From NCBI GenBank assembly GCA_036867785.1, contig CP145415.1:1054001-1118000 (forward strand): a DNA stretch of 64,000 nt, in the 5' to 3' direction. The stretch comes from Plasmodiophora brassicae (taxonomy: Eukaryota). Below the pieces are notes generated by a model. It was not told where the DNA came from, ran no database searches, and saw only the letters and a program-made list of their open reading frames with translations. Positions 13,567 to 24,970 of this stretch are shown here, piece by piece (positions within the stretch are counted from its first letter, which is position 1; every line of letters begins with the position of its first letter). A program made the position numbers and the translations under genes.

Positions 13567-13601
13567 AGTAAGGCGACTACGTTTGCGCTGCAAGTCTGTT
13601 T

Positions 13602-16281
13602 TCATTTCGACTGTAATGCTCTATAACCCTGCCAGTTTGCGGCCGCTGACGACCCGCTTTTCGTCATGAATGCGATAAGGTTCTCGCATGGACCGTCGTT
13701 AGGCTTGAACCGCAACGCGACCTGCAAACATTTGATGGCGTGCTCCCAGTCGCCCTCGAGGTACTTGCGCAGGCCCAGGTCAAAGTTGTCTTTGAACAGC
13801 CTAACGATGCCGATCTGCAGCGAGATTAGGAACTTGTCGTTATCGAAGTCGGAGGTCGCCTTCGAGATCATCGATTTCGTCTTGTGTTCGCTGCGGCGCC
13901 GCTCGATGGCGCTCCTGCTGACGGAGATCGTGGACACTTGGGCGACGCGCGACACCCTCATCACCATCGCCGTGTTCACGTCGTACGTGTGTATGGAGAT
14001 GGGCACGTTGCTGCCCTTGACGGCGATCCTGTCCAGCATCCGGCACAAGGCCCGAGGCGTCTTTGGCAGCAACGACCAGAACTGCCCTGAGAACAGGATC
14101 GGGACCTTGTACTGCTTGGTGGCCGCCATCAACCGCGCCGTCATGTTGACATGTGGCGACAGGTACGACGCGTCGATCTTGAAGCGGGACCCGATGGCGC
14201 CCTCGATCGCCCAGCCGATGTGAAGGCCGATGCCGACCGACACCTCGTTGTTCGGGAACAGTTTCCCGCCCGATGGTGGACAGTTGCGAAGCAGGGCCTC
14301 GAGGCGGTCGGATGGGTTCGCGCACGAGCAGATGACGCGAAGGAACGCGGCCAACGCTTGCGCTGCCAGCTGTTGTGCCTCCTGGACGGCCCTCTGCTCG
14401 GCCTCGCTCAGGCCTGTCATCTCCGTCAGGTCGGCGCTCGGCGCCTGGGCGTGACGCTCGAGGATCGCCTCCATCGCCGTGGTCGACACCATCTCCGGCA
14501 GACGCCATACGACAACGAACGTGTCGCCCAGGTTACGGTTAACGGCTCCGCCCGCCCTGTGCACTTCTGTGTGCACGATCTCGGCGACCTGTGCTCAGGT
14601 TCAGATTGGGCGGTTCGAGCCGGGTGACGAACAGCCAACGAACCGCGTTGACGAACAGCATGATGTCTTCGGACAGGAGCTCGTTGATCTCCTGGAAGTT
14701 CCGAATGTCGCAGAACCCAAAGATGGCCAGCATGCGGCGACCGTCGACCATCGGGTTCAGTTCGCCGTTCGCGCTGATGTTCTTCTGGATCATGGCGGTG
14801 CCGGCCTCGCCAAACCCGATCTGGAGCATGCCGGTCAGCTTCTCGAGCGTCTGCTCGAGAATGGCGGTCTCCATGAGTTCGCCGCCGCCCGCCGCGTTTG
14901 TCATCGTGGTGCCCCGGGTCGACATCTTGCGACTCAACGGATTGTGCCGCAGGCGATTGATCAGCCTCGTCATGCGCTCGATCGGCCCAATCAGTAGGCG
15001 GTTCGCGTCGCGTATGAAGACGAAGGCGCCCACCGCCAGCACGAATACGACCAGCAACGTCTCCAGCATGCTGTACTTGGCGTTCTTCTGCGATTCGGCA
15101 CGGCCGCTGAACAGCGCCTGGGTTTTGTCGTTGATGTACACCGACGTAAGCTCACTGAAACAGCAGCGCAACGTTGGCGATATACGGTCGACCAGCAAGA
15201 GAGCGCGTCTTACGTTGCCCGGTAGGCTGGCAAGTCTGGGGAACTAAACGACCCGGCGAAGGACGACCCTGCGACGCGCACCATCAAGACCTGATATCAC
15301 GTCGCACAGCGTCAGCGTATTTGCACAACCAGCGCTGTCATCGCTAGGGGCCGACTCACAGCCCATTCTTGAGTGCCGAGCGGGTTGGCGAACGTTATGA
15401 ACGAGGCAAATGCCGCATCGAATTCGGCTTGCGTCAGGTTGTAGGCGCCGTTAGCGGCGTCGCTCAGCGCGGTCAGCTGTAGGACCTGCGCGTTGTTGGT
15501 GTCCTGGAAGGTCAGCAGCGGTATGACGAAGATCATGGTCAGGACCATGAACGCCAAGTGGTTCGTCGTGCGTTCCGCTAGTCGTGTGCCCACGACGCTC
15601 TGCTTCTCCTCGACGACTTTCTGGCTGTGCGCCTTTACGATTCTCCGTTTGCTCGTTGGCGTCTTGTCTGGTTGTTGCGGGGCGACTTTGTTGGGTTCCC
15701 GAAAGAACACTGGACACGTTGATATCATCATTGCCTGCATTGCTGCGCGATGAGCGCTGTCACTGACCGCCCGTTTTCTGCCTCTGCAGGAGCAACTTGT
15801 AGAGCTTGGCGACCCGTAGGACCCGAACAATACGAGACACACGCAGAATGCGACTGGCACGTGTGCCTGTTCGCGCCGCCCGTGCGGCTCGCGCCAGCAG
15901 CAGAGTATCGTTCGTGTTCGTCGACAGCTGCGCGCCGACCACCACGTCAAGCGCGGACGGGATTTGCGCCAGGACAGCGATCGTCGAGATCACGTCGAGG
16001 AAGAAGAAGAACGACAGGAAGTACCGGGGCTTGCACAGCGACAGCAGGACGCATTCGACGGCGAACACGGCGAAGGTGACCCAGTACATCGCGACGAACG
16101 CGGTGTCCGCGCTCTTGGGCACCCACGCCATCTGGACATCTGCGGCGAGCAGGCCGATGACTGTGACGATGAACATGACGACGGTCATGTATCGCCCTTC
16201 TAGGGCCACCAGCACCCGTTTACGCCACGACGGCGCCGCCTCAAAGGCGACGTCAGCGATATCCGCCGACGACCTCATCAT
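13602..16281 (-). CDS. Voltage-sensor/ion-channel-like class III nucleotidyl cyclase (ciliate/apicomplexan AC-alpha type)
   Basis: N-terminal TM helices and S4-like RAARAARTGTRASRILRVSRIVRVLRVAKLYK; IGFGEAG; cyclase motifs AIFGFCDIRNF, NRNLGD, GLHIGWAIEGAIGSRFKIDASYLSPHVNMTARL; C-terminal TPR-like YLEGDWEHA. Confidence 0.9.
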
Positions 16282-16580
16282 CTCATCGCCTACTATAATC
16301 CCATATGGTAAAGTACGCGTATTATGCCCGACCGTACTTCCCGTACTGCACGAATCGCGCCCCGGTGCAGTCACCGTCCCGCAGATTCGTACGGAGTGGG
16401 CTGCATCCCGTCGGCAGCTCGCAGTTGCCCCACCCGAGCGCAGTGGCGCGCAGACCGCGGTGTTGGGGCGGCGGGTCGGCGTTGTTTTGTTTGGGCAGAC
16501 ACGTCCATTTATTGGTATTACCAGGGGCAGGGAGCTGGGCTGGGCAACCGGGTCGGGCCATCGCCCATCAGTCCAGTGAC

Positions 16581-18449
16581 ATGAGGCGGCGCTGGTCGGC
16601 AGCGGGGGACGACCTCGAGTATGGCCTGCTGGCCGAGGACAAGGCGGGCGCATCGACCGAGGGTCAGGTGCTCGATCGGCAGGGGTTCGGTGCTGTGCTG
16701 TACCGGTTGCCCGACGGGAAGGTCATCCGAACCGCGCACGGTATCGCCGGCGCATTTATTATTCGCCCTGGCCGGGAGTCATGGCGTCCTGTTCGCAGAC
16801 TTGCTGCCGTACCGGGTTTCCCATGCCGATCTTCGGCGTATGAAGCCTGCGCTGGCTGCGTTCTATGCGGACCAGAACGCGCAGATCGATGACCTGCTCA
16901 CGATGGAGAGGCACATCCATAATGTGACGGCCGACGTTCGACGGCCAGTTGCCGGCACTGAATCGGACATCTCGTCCGATGCGCTGTTCTATCACAACGC
17001 CATCCTTCCGCTGTCAAACGAAGGTCAGCGACACTTGCGGCTGCTGCTCGACCGGCATCTCATCGTTGCCATTCGTCAGAGTCCCCGGAGCGTTCGCGCC
17101 AGACGGAGGCGTTCTGGGACAGACAGGTTGTTTATGCAATAACGTCTGGCACCTGCATAAACCTTGGCCTGGCTCTGTACGCATGCAGGTCGGGATGCAC
17201 ATCTGGGCAATGCTGAACACATGGCCCGGTAGGCTGAATATCTACCTGGCGTATCAGACCGGGTCCCTCTCGGTCGCAGCGTCGACGGCGGACACGATTC
17301 TGGACCTGCTGACCACCACTATCCTCAACGTGTCCGCCTGGATGAGAAGGCAGCGGGACCCGTACAACTATCCGTTGGGCAAGACGCGGCTGGAGCCGAT
17401 TGGGATCCTGCTATTCGCCGGCAAGCTGCGACCGTCAAACCAGTGCTCTTCGACCTTCATCTGACATCGTCGGCAGTGGTAATGGGGCTGGCGGCGTTGT
17501 CCATTTTCGGCGAGTCCGTCCAGAGGCTGATCGAGGGGCCAGCGGCCCCAACCGCACGTACGTTGAACGTTCCGTTCAGCGGGCACGATGGGCCTCTGAC
17601 GGCTTCTGTGTTGACGTTCGTTTAGTGTCGATGGGACTGTTACTCGTTGCGTATATCATCAACGCCGCCTGCAAGGTCGTAGTTATTGCCTATTGCACTG
17701 TCGTTACGCGCAACACGTCGTCGTCGTCGTCAAGTAGCCCCTGCAAGATCCTTGCCAAGGAGCAGTCCTTCGATCTACGTAGGTGTTTGCCGTTGTTCGC
17801 ATCCGACCGCAATCCCACCGTCGTGACATTCCAGTCACGTACACGTGCGGGTTTGGAGCCGCGTCACTGGCATCGGTCGGCAATGGTGTCATCTGGTAGG
17901 GCAACCATACGCACGGCCAGGTCAAAGCGCGCCTTCCCTGACTGCGCCCGAAGGTTCATTGATCCGGTTGTTGCCATCCTGCTGTCGATCTACATTGCCA
18001 CTAGCTGGATGAGCGATGCCCGGGAGCATATCTGCCGCCTCGGTGAGTTCACCCGTTCGGTCCTCTCGCGTTGCCCGGCGCTGACGTCCTGGCTGTGACT
18101 CTCCAGTTGGCAAGACCGCGGATTCGAGGTTCATCGCCCAGTTCACCTACTTGGCGCTACGGCACGACTCGAGAATCTGCTGGGTCGACGACGTGAAGGC
18201 CGTCCACTTCGGCGAGAACCTCATGGTTACCGGTCATGCATCGGGCACACCGGCTCCCGGGTCTGATCGCTGCGCGCCACACAGGTCGAAGTGCACATCG
18301 GGCTGCCGGCAGACATGCCGCTTCGCGACAGCCACGACGTTGGCGAAAGCCTCCAGATCAAACTGGAGGGCCTGGAGATCGTCGAGATCGCCCACGTCCA
18401 CACCGACTACATGTACTGCCACCCCTGGAAGGAGCACAACGTCCAATAG
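16581..18449 (+). CDS. Cation diffusion facilitator, Mn-CDF/MTP8-11-like, spliced
   Basis: GSLSVAASTADTILDL, YNYPLGKTRLEPIG, IDPVVAILLSIYI, AVHFG..VEVHIGL..DMPLRDSHDVGESLQIKLE..AHVHTDY. Confidence 0.88.
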
Positions 18450-18587
18450 CAACGGATCGTTCGCTGACTGTCATACGAATGTCGTAGTCTCCCCCGTCGC
18501 CCCCTTCGAAAGTAGTTGACAGAATCGCTGTATTTTACGATTACGGGCCCTGGATCCCGACGATTACGACGTAGCCATCGGCGGCGT

Positions 18588-20621
18588 TCACAGCGTCTTG
18601 TTCGTCGCGGTCGCGTTGACCGTCGTGTTCATTGCGGTCGCGTTCGCGACGACCGGGATCGCCGTCGCGTTCATGGCGGTCGTTGCGTTCACGGGCGCCA
18701 CCGTCATGGCCACGGCGGGCGCCATCGTCGCATTCACGATCGCCGCGCCGAGCACCGGGATCGCCCGAGCGTGCCTGTACACGCCGGCGGGCGCCTCGTT
18801 GCTCTCACACGAATCGTTCGACGGCGGCGGCGAGGGCACCACCGGGAACGTCGTCGGCGGTGGCGAGGGCACCACCGGGAACGTCGTCGGCGGTGGCGAG
18901 GGCGCCACTGGGAACGTCGTGGACATGTTCGCCGTACCGGCAGGCGGCTTCGTGAACGCAACGCTGAACGTGGGCGCCGCGGTCGACGGGGCCGGCGACG
19001 GCATCGTCGTCGGGAACGCTGACGCCGGCGACGGCATCGTCGTCGGGAACGCTGTCGACGCCGCCGTCGTCCCCGGTGCAGTGGACGGCGCCAGCGACGG
19101 GACCGTTGGTGACGGCGACGTTGATGGGGCCGGTGACGGCTTCGTCGTCGGGAACGCAGTCGACGCCGCCGTCGTCCCCGGCGCAGTGGACGGCGCCAGC
19201 GACGGGACCGTCGGTGGCGGCGACGTCGACGGGGCCGGCGACGGTACTGCTGGGAACGCTGGCGACGCCGTCGCCCCCGGTGCGGTGGACGGCGCCGGCG
19301 ACGGGACCGGTGGGATCGCCGACGACGGTGCCGTCGTCGGCGCCGACGTGCATGGCAACGGCTCGCCGGTGCCGGTCAGCTGGGTTGGCCGGCGACGCAG
19401 GTAGGGCAGCTTGTCGGCGCCCGTGTTGTTCGTGGCCGTGTACGTGAGGACGTAGGTGGCGCCGGCGTCGACCGGGATCCGTTCCATCGGGACGGTGACG
19501 GTCGGCGTCAGGATCTTCTGGGCGCACGTCGCCAGGTCCAGCAGCTGCGTGCTGTTCCGCAGGGCGTCGCCGCCCTGGCCCGCCAGCATCGTCATCTGGA
19601 ACAGGTTCATGTTGCTGAGCGCCATCTTCTCGGCGCCGACGTGCGCCTTGTCGCTGATGCAGTTCTCGACGAACTTGCCGAACAGCTGGTCGGCGTAGTA
19701 CCGCTCCTTGGGCTGCCCGCACAGGCACTCGTCGATCACCCGGCGCAGGACGTCCGCCGACTCGAACACGGGCATGTCCGGCACGACGCTGTTGTTCGCC
19801 ATCTTCACCGGCATCGGCGGCGTCGGCACCGACGCCGTCGTTGTCGGGGGCGGCGTCGGCACCGCCGTCGACGCGTTCGCGGAAGACGTCGGCGCCGGCG
19901 TCGCCGCCTGTTTCGTGGCGGCCGCCGGCGCGGTCGTGGGCGCCGAGCACGTCGCCGGCTGCATGGCGATGGGCTGGATGAGGCCGGATCCGTCGGCGGC
20001 GAACCGGGTCGCCCACTGCTGCAGGGCGTCCGGCGTCGTGGGCACCTGGACCGGGCCGGCGCAGGTGCCGCACATGCCGTTGCAGGTCGTCGTCGTGTTC
20101 GACGACACGTGCACCTGGTACGGGGCGACGATGAAGCTGACGGGGCCCTGCACCGACTGGATCGTCGCCGTCAGCTGCGCGTTGGCCGGGTCGGTCGTGA
20201 CGCTGACGCCCAGGGCGCCGGGGACGTTGGCCGCGAAGTACGCCGGCACGTCCGACAGCGTCATGTTGGCGGTGCCGACGCTGACGAATTGCTGGTTGTA
20301 GTTACCGCCCGTCTGCATCGTCAGCGTGCAGCCCGTGTTCGCGTTGACGTACTTGAGCCGGCAGGCGGACACGAACGAGTACGCCTGGCTGATCACGACG
20401 CCCTTGTCGTCGAGCGGGGCGGCCAGCTCGCACTGCAACTCGACGTCGCTGGTCTTGAAGAACGAGTACAGGCCGGTGCCCTGCCAGGCGTACAGCGACT
20501 GGGCGTCGCAGGTCAGGAAGTGGGGATCGCCGCTGACGGCGCAGGTGCAGCCGGCGTCGGCGACCAGTGGCAGGGCGACCAGGGCCAGCGCTCCCAGGGC
20601 GATGCTCGCGACCACCACCAT
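18588..20621 (-). CDS. Secreted VWD-domain mucin-like glycoprotein, intronless
   Basis: Signal peptide MVVVASIALGALALVALPLVADA; VWD signature CAVSGDPHFLTCD...CNGMCG; long P/S/T-rich repeat region. Confidence 0.85.
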   Translation of the reverse strand: MVVVASIALGALALVALPLVADAGCTCAVSGDPHFLTCDAQSLYAWQGTGLYSFFKTSDVELQCELAAPLDDKGVVISQAYSFVSACRLKYVNANTGCTLTMQTGGNYNQQFVSVGTANMTLSDVPAYFAANVPGALGVSVTTDPANAQLTATIQSVQGPVSFIVAPYQVHVSSNTTTTCNGMCGTCAGPVQVPTTPDALQQWATRFAADGSGLIQPIAMQPATCSAPTTAPAAATKQAATPAPTSSANASTAVPTPPPTTTASVPTPPMPVKMANNSVVPDMPVFESADVLRRVIDECLCGQPKERYYADQLFGKFVENCISDKAHVGAEKMALSNMNLFQMTMLAGQGGDALRNSTQLLDLATCAQKILTPTVTVPMERIPVDAGATYVLTYTATNNTGADKLPYLRRRPTQLTGTGEPLPCTSAPTTAPSSAIPPVPSPAPSTAPGATASPAFPAVPSPAPSTSPPPTVPSLAPSTAPGTTAASTAFPTTKPSPAPSTSPSPTVPSLAPSTAPGTTAASTAFPTTMPSPASAFPTTMPSPAPSTAAPTFSVAFTKPPAGTANMSTTFPVAPSPPPTTFPVVPSPPPTTFPVVPSPPPSNDSCESNEAPAGVYRHARAIPVLGAAIVNATMAPAVAMTVAPVNATTAMNATAIPVVANATAMNTTVNATATNKTL
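18824..19260 (-). repeat. Coding tandem repeats inside the mucin gene (about 3 x 33 bp and 2 x 105 bp)
   Basis: PSPPPTTFPVV-type 11-aa units and two 35-aa units PSPAPSTSP.PTVPSLAPSTAPGTTAASTAFPTT, near-identical at DNA level. Confidence 0.85.
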
Positions 20622-20913
20622 GTCTGTCGGTCCCGGTATGCTTACGAAATGTTTCGTTAACGGTTGATAAACTGTTTCAACAATGACGCCGAGGGCCACC
20701 GCCTGCTGGTGACAGGGGAAGTATCGGTCCCGGCACGCCCAGCGTTGTGTCACGCTGACTGGGGAGGGGGCGGGCTGTGTGGCGTCATGGGCGACTCAGA
20801 CGCGACAATATCGCCTAGTTGAGTCACGGGTCGATCGACACCCAGGGCAGGGGGGTCCCCCGGGTATGGAGTCACCGCTGCACCCTGGAGCGCGTCCGTT
20901 TGACGACCCGGGT

Positions 20914-22501
20914 CTACCTGCCGGCGTTCACGCCCCCATTGACCGTCGGGTACGCGGCGCTTTCGACCCGTCTTGCAGGGCAGACGTCGACAATGGCCGA
21001 TGGCGTCGTCACGACGGCGACGTCGCTTACGTAGGTCAGCGCGCGCATGGCATTATCTTGTTGCAGGAAGTCATCCCACAGGCGCGCGTACTCTGGGTAC
21101 GCCTGAAACCTGCATGGGGCGTCTCACTGGTTCAACCCCAGCGGACGATGATTCCCGGACGACGAGCGAACCGTGGCACGTACCTGTAGAGCAGCGAATC
21201 ATGGATCAGCCGAACGATCTCTATCCGGGCGCGTTCGAATAGGTCGGGGCGGTCCCATGCCGCGTAGGCCTCGACAGGGACGACGGCGACGCCGACGCGA
21301 CTCATTCGCCTCGCGGCCGCATGCAGCAGCGACCGGCGAGGTTGTGGCTCCCCGATCGCGGCGAATCGGCGCTTGAGCTCGTGCGTCACTTCCCAACCGA
21401 CGTTGACCGGCAATGGCGCTCCCGGAGCGAAATACGTCCGGTAGATGTGCAGGGCTCGCGCACGACGCTCTTCCATCGTCGTCGTCATCGGATCCGCGAA
21501 CATCGCCACGTAGTTGTTGTTGTCCACCCAGAACAGCAGGCTTTCCTGTGCACGAACGTCAAACGCGGCAACTGGCCCGGCGAATCTGGGCGTACGACAG
21601 CGTATTCGTTGATCATGAAGGTGCGCATGGCGTCGAAGTTGGCGCGAACGGCCAGGAAGCGCTCCAGCAGGACCGGGTTCGACATGCGATGGCACTCTGT
21701 CTGCAGCCGGTCGTGCAGGAAGGACCGGTAGACGGGGAAGCCGACCGTGATGACGATGACCGCCAGGCAGGCGACCAGCTGGGTACAGGCCGGCACGCCG
21801 CCCGATATGTCCAAGGTCACGTAGGCGATGTTCAGCAGGACGACGACGACGCCGACGCGGGCGAGCCAGGCGAACTCTGTAATGATGCCGAGGATATCGC
21901 GGAGGCCTTTCAGCTTGTACGCCATGACGCCCACTGCGATGGACATCGCGAGGACTTCCCCGATTTGCATCTGGACGACGATGCGGACGCTGGGTATAGC
22001 CTTGAAAGCGTTCGCGTGGCTAGTGGACTGGTACACGGGATGGGTGATCGCGAACGCCAACGTGGGCATGGCGAACAACAGGACGATGGCAACGGTGCTG
22101 TGAATGGCGAACTGGTTCGACGCGAGGTGCCGATGCTGTCTGAACCAAGACCCGTTCGACGCGTCAACGTTCGCGACTTCGTTGGCGAGGCCGGCCGAGT
22201 AGTAGAACAGCCAGCACCGGTAGCAGTGCAGCCACAGGGTGATGCCAATGCTGGCAGCGTTCGTCGATCGCCAGATCGGATCGATCAGGTCGTCGCTCAT
22301 GAGCGTCGCCATGGCTTCCGTGGAAATGTACACGACGCCGGCGAGCGTCGCGACCGCAACGATGGACGGGTGCCGCGACAGAATCGGCTGCCGGCGTCGT
22401 CGCCGAACGAACAGGGCCAGCGCGACCGGAACGAACGCGCACGTGAACACCAGGCATGCTATCGTGAACGCCCGCACCGCATCGTCATCAACCTGCCTCA
22501 T
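20914..22501 (-). CDS. Seven-transmembrane RGS protein (7TM-RGS), 2 introns
   Basis: Seven hydrophobic segments with RRRQPILSRHP after TM1 and RDILGIITEF before TM6; RGS box MRTFMINEYAV/ESLLFW...IYRTYFAPGAPLPVNV...FERARIEIVRLIHDSLLYRF. Intron 21546-21595 plus one near 21110-21183. Confidence 0.85.
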
Positions 22502-22732
22502 CCACGTCGAACGTGAACCCCGCTGGATCAGTGAACGCGTACGCCGACGCCAATATCTGGGAGACGATCGCACCCTCCCTCCGCCCCCGTTGGTGGCCGG
22601 TTCGAATACCCAGATGAAACGAGATGATGTGGGCGCCCTGTCGGTCGCAGAGCAGAGCAGAGCGGAGCAGAGCAGGAGACAGCGACGGCGATCAGTCACT
22701 GTCTCGGGGGCGGCGCATTGCGTGACAGGGGG

Positions 22733-23875
22733 ATGGGCGGCAGCGACGACGATGGCGACCTGTGCCCGGAGGGCGACAAGCTGCGGGCCGAGGCCGACAA
22801 GAGGCTCAAGTCGCTGAACCTGTTCGGCGCGGCGTCGAAACGGCTGATGGACGCCGCCGAGCTGTATGGGCGCGCCGCCAACAAGTACAGGGTCGCCCGA
22901 CTATGTACTCGGGGGAATGGGGCGGGTGCCGGCCGGCGACGCAAGCCTGATCGTGGTTCGTACAGGGAAGAAGGCCGGGGAGACGCATATGGCTGCTGCC
23001 AATAATTACCATAAGGCGTCCCAAGATGGGTGGATTGACGCCAGGAAGAACTATGAGGAGGCGGCCAAATGCTTCGCCAAATGCAACCCGGAAGGTCCGA
23101 TATGGGTCGTCAGGGCGCGCTTCTGAGCCGGGCACTGACCGCGTATGTGTGGTCAGACGCGCTTGAGGCGTACAAATGCGCCGCTCAGCTGTCGCTTGAG
23201 GAGAACTCGTTCTCGATGGCGGCGCACCACTATAAGAGCATGGGCGAGATTTGTGAGGACGAAGAACTCGACATTGAACAGACGATCGAAGCATACTCGA
23301 AAGCGGCCGACTGTTTCGAGACAGCAGATTCGCCGAAGAATGCCATCGAGATGACCATGAAAGTCGCGTTCTTCAATGCCAAGATCGAACAGTACGACCG
23401 GGCCATTGAGGCGTACAAGAAGGTCGTTGAGGGGTCCACGAAAGGTCTGGACTGCACGATGTAGGGTGTTTCAAACGGGCCGCTCATACTGGTTCTGTGC
23501 AGGTGCGTCCAAGTCGACAGGCGAGATGGCCGCCGTCAATTGTGTGCTGTGCCATCTGGCCGGGAAGGACTCGACGACGGAGCAGGCCGAAGCGGCGTTT
23601 GAGTCGTACAAGGACGCGTTTGACTCCCTCGAACGGTCCACGTTCGGTCGTCTGCTCGACGGTCTTCTCCAGGCGTTACGTCATGGTATGGATGCGTGTC
23701 CGACCGTCGTATGGCACGTTGTGATGACTCGTCCCTGCAAGGCGACGTCGACGAGTGGGAGTCGGCAGTCACGCAGGCCGAAAAGAAATCGCCGATGACT
23801 CCGTTCCACAAGTCCATGATCGCGCAGGCGCAAAAGGCCAAGCTAGAGAGTGCCGCTGAGCCTCAGTTGACATAA
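22733..23875 (+). CDS. NAPA: Alpha-SNAP (NSF attachment protein), spliced
   Basis: AEADKRLK..LFG..DAAELYGRAANKY, FSMAAHHYKSMGEI.E, AIEAYSKAADCF, EQYDRAIEAY, VLCHLA. Confidence 0.85.
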
Positions 23876-24021
23876 CGCTGCGATCCTATGCAGTAAATAC
23901 CGCATGAGTAAAGTGCACATCGAAGGAGTCGCAGACGGAGCCCTTCCGTCCGTTTGCGTCTGGGGACGGGCGTCTTAAGTCGCAGTCCGCAAGTCCGCGA
24001 CTTTCGGTGTGTTGGTTGACA

Positions 24022-24439
24022 ATGACGCACACGATTGTCCTGGTCGAGCTGACCGCTGGCAGCCGTACGTATGATCAGTACGCGACCGTTCGGGCGGCCA
24101 TGAACGGTGTATGCCAGTTGTTCGAGAAACGACTGAAGCTGCAGCACCCGAACAAGGCTCAGATCACATATGATATCAAGGTTGCAAGCCACGACTCCAG
24201 CGTGGCCGTTTTGAGGCGCGGTGCTGATAACAGTTAACAGGACTTGAACAAGTACATCGACAGCTTGCCTGATCTTGCTGCGCTGACGTAAGGGCGAAAT
24301 CCATGTGGCGGAGTGTCGGTATTCTGAATTGGGCTCGGGGATTAGGCTGAGCGAGCGTGAGGGAATGTATGTCCCGCGTAACAAGGACTGGATCAAACGC
24401 GAGGTCCTCAATCACCTCACCAAGCAGGCCAATGAATAA
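24022..24439 (+). CDS. ERH: Enhancer of rudimentary homolog, 2 introns
   Basis: MTHTIVLV..SRTYDQY..AMNGVCQLFEKRLK..P....ITYDI/DLNKYIDSLPDLAAL/..YVPRNKDWIK. Confidence 0.93.
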
Positions 24440-24668
24440 GCAATCATGGGGGTCGCTTCTGACCGGAGTGCACAATTTGCCATAAACACTGAATTGTACA
24501 ATACTAATACGGCGCGTTATACGACGTTGGTCAGAGTAGGGCTACAATAATTATATAGGCGAGTGCAGCAGAGTTGTGTATTGGGTCAACGGGGCACTTC
24601 GTCATTCCGCCTTTCGAAGTTTTTTCATCGAACGCTTCTTTGGCACATCTGCGGCGACAAATGACCAA

Positions 24669-24970
24669 TTAGTTGGCGTCGAATACTGCAATAGGAACCA
24701 TCGGGAGCCTACTGCGATGCTTGTCGGCGTTGAGAAGCTTCTGCACAATCAGGCCAACGCCGTAGAAGATGAGGCCGGCGATCAGGAACAGCAGCCACTT
24801 GGGCAGCGGGATCGTCCACCTGCGTCCAGATCAGCGACATCGACAGGCACCATGAGGGACAGATCATACGGGACATCATCGTCTTCGTAAGGGTACGGTT
24901 CAGCATCGTCGGCGAATGCCGCACAGGACAGGTACGCCGCCAGCACGGCCCATTGCGCGAATCGCTCCAT
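24669..24970 (-). CDS. Small (about 83 aa) signal-peptide + single-TM protein, one intron
   Basis: Removing the 50-nt GT-AG intron 24820-24869 gives MERFAQWAVLAAYLSCAAFA-DDAEPYPYEDDDVPWTIPLPKWLLFLIAGLIFYGVGLIVQKLLNADKHRSRLPMVPIAVFDAN. Confidence 0.65.

Noticed and set aside
18598..20660. Long antisense and alternate-frame ORFs over the mucin gene, and similar ones elsewhere (7514-8422, 21413-22516, 41400-42296, 49803-50858)
   Set aside because: Shadow ORFs expected from high GC3 coding sequence; translations are Arg/Gly-rich with no motifs.
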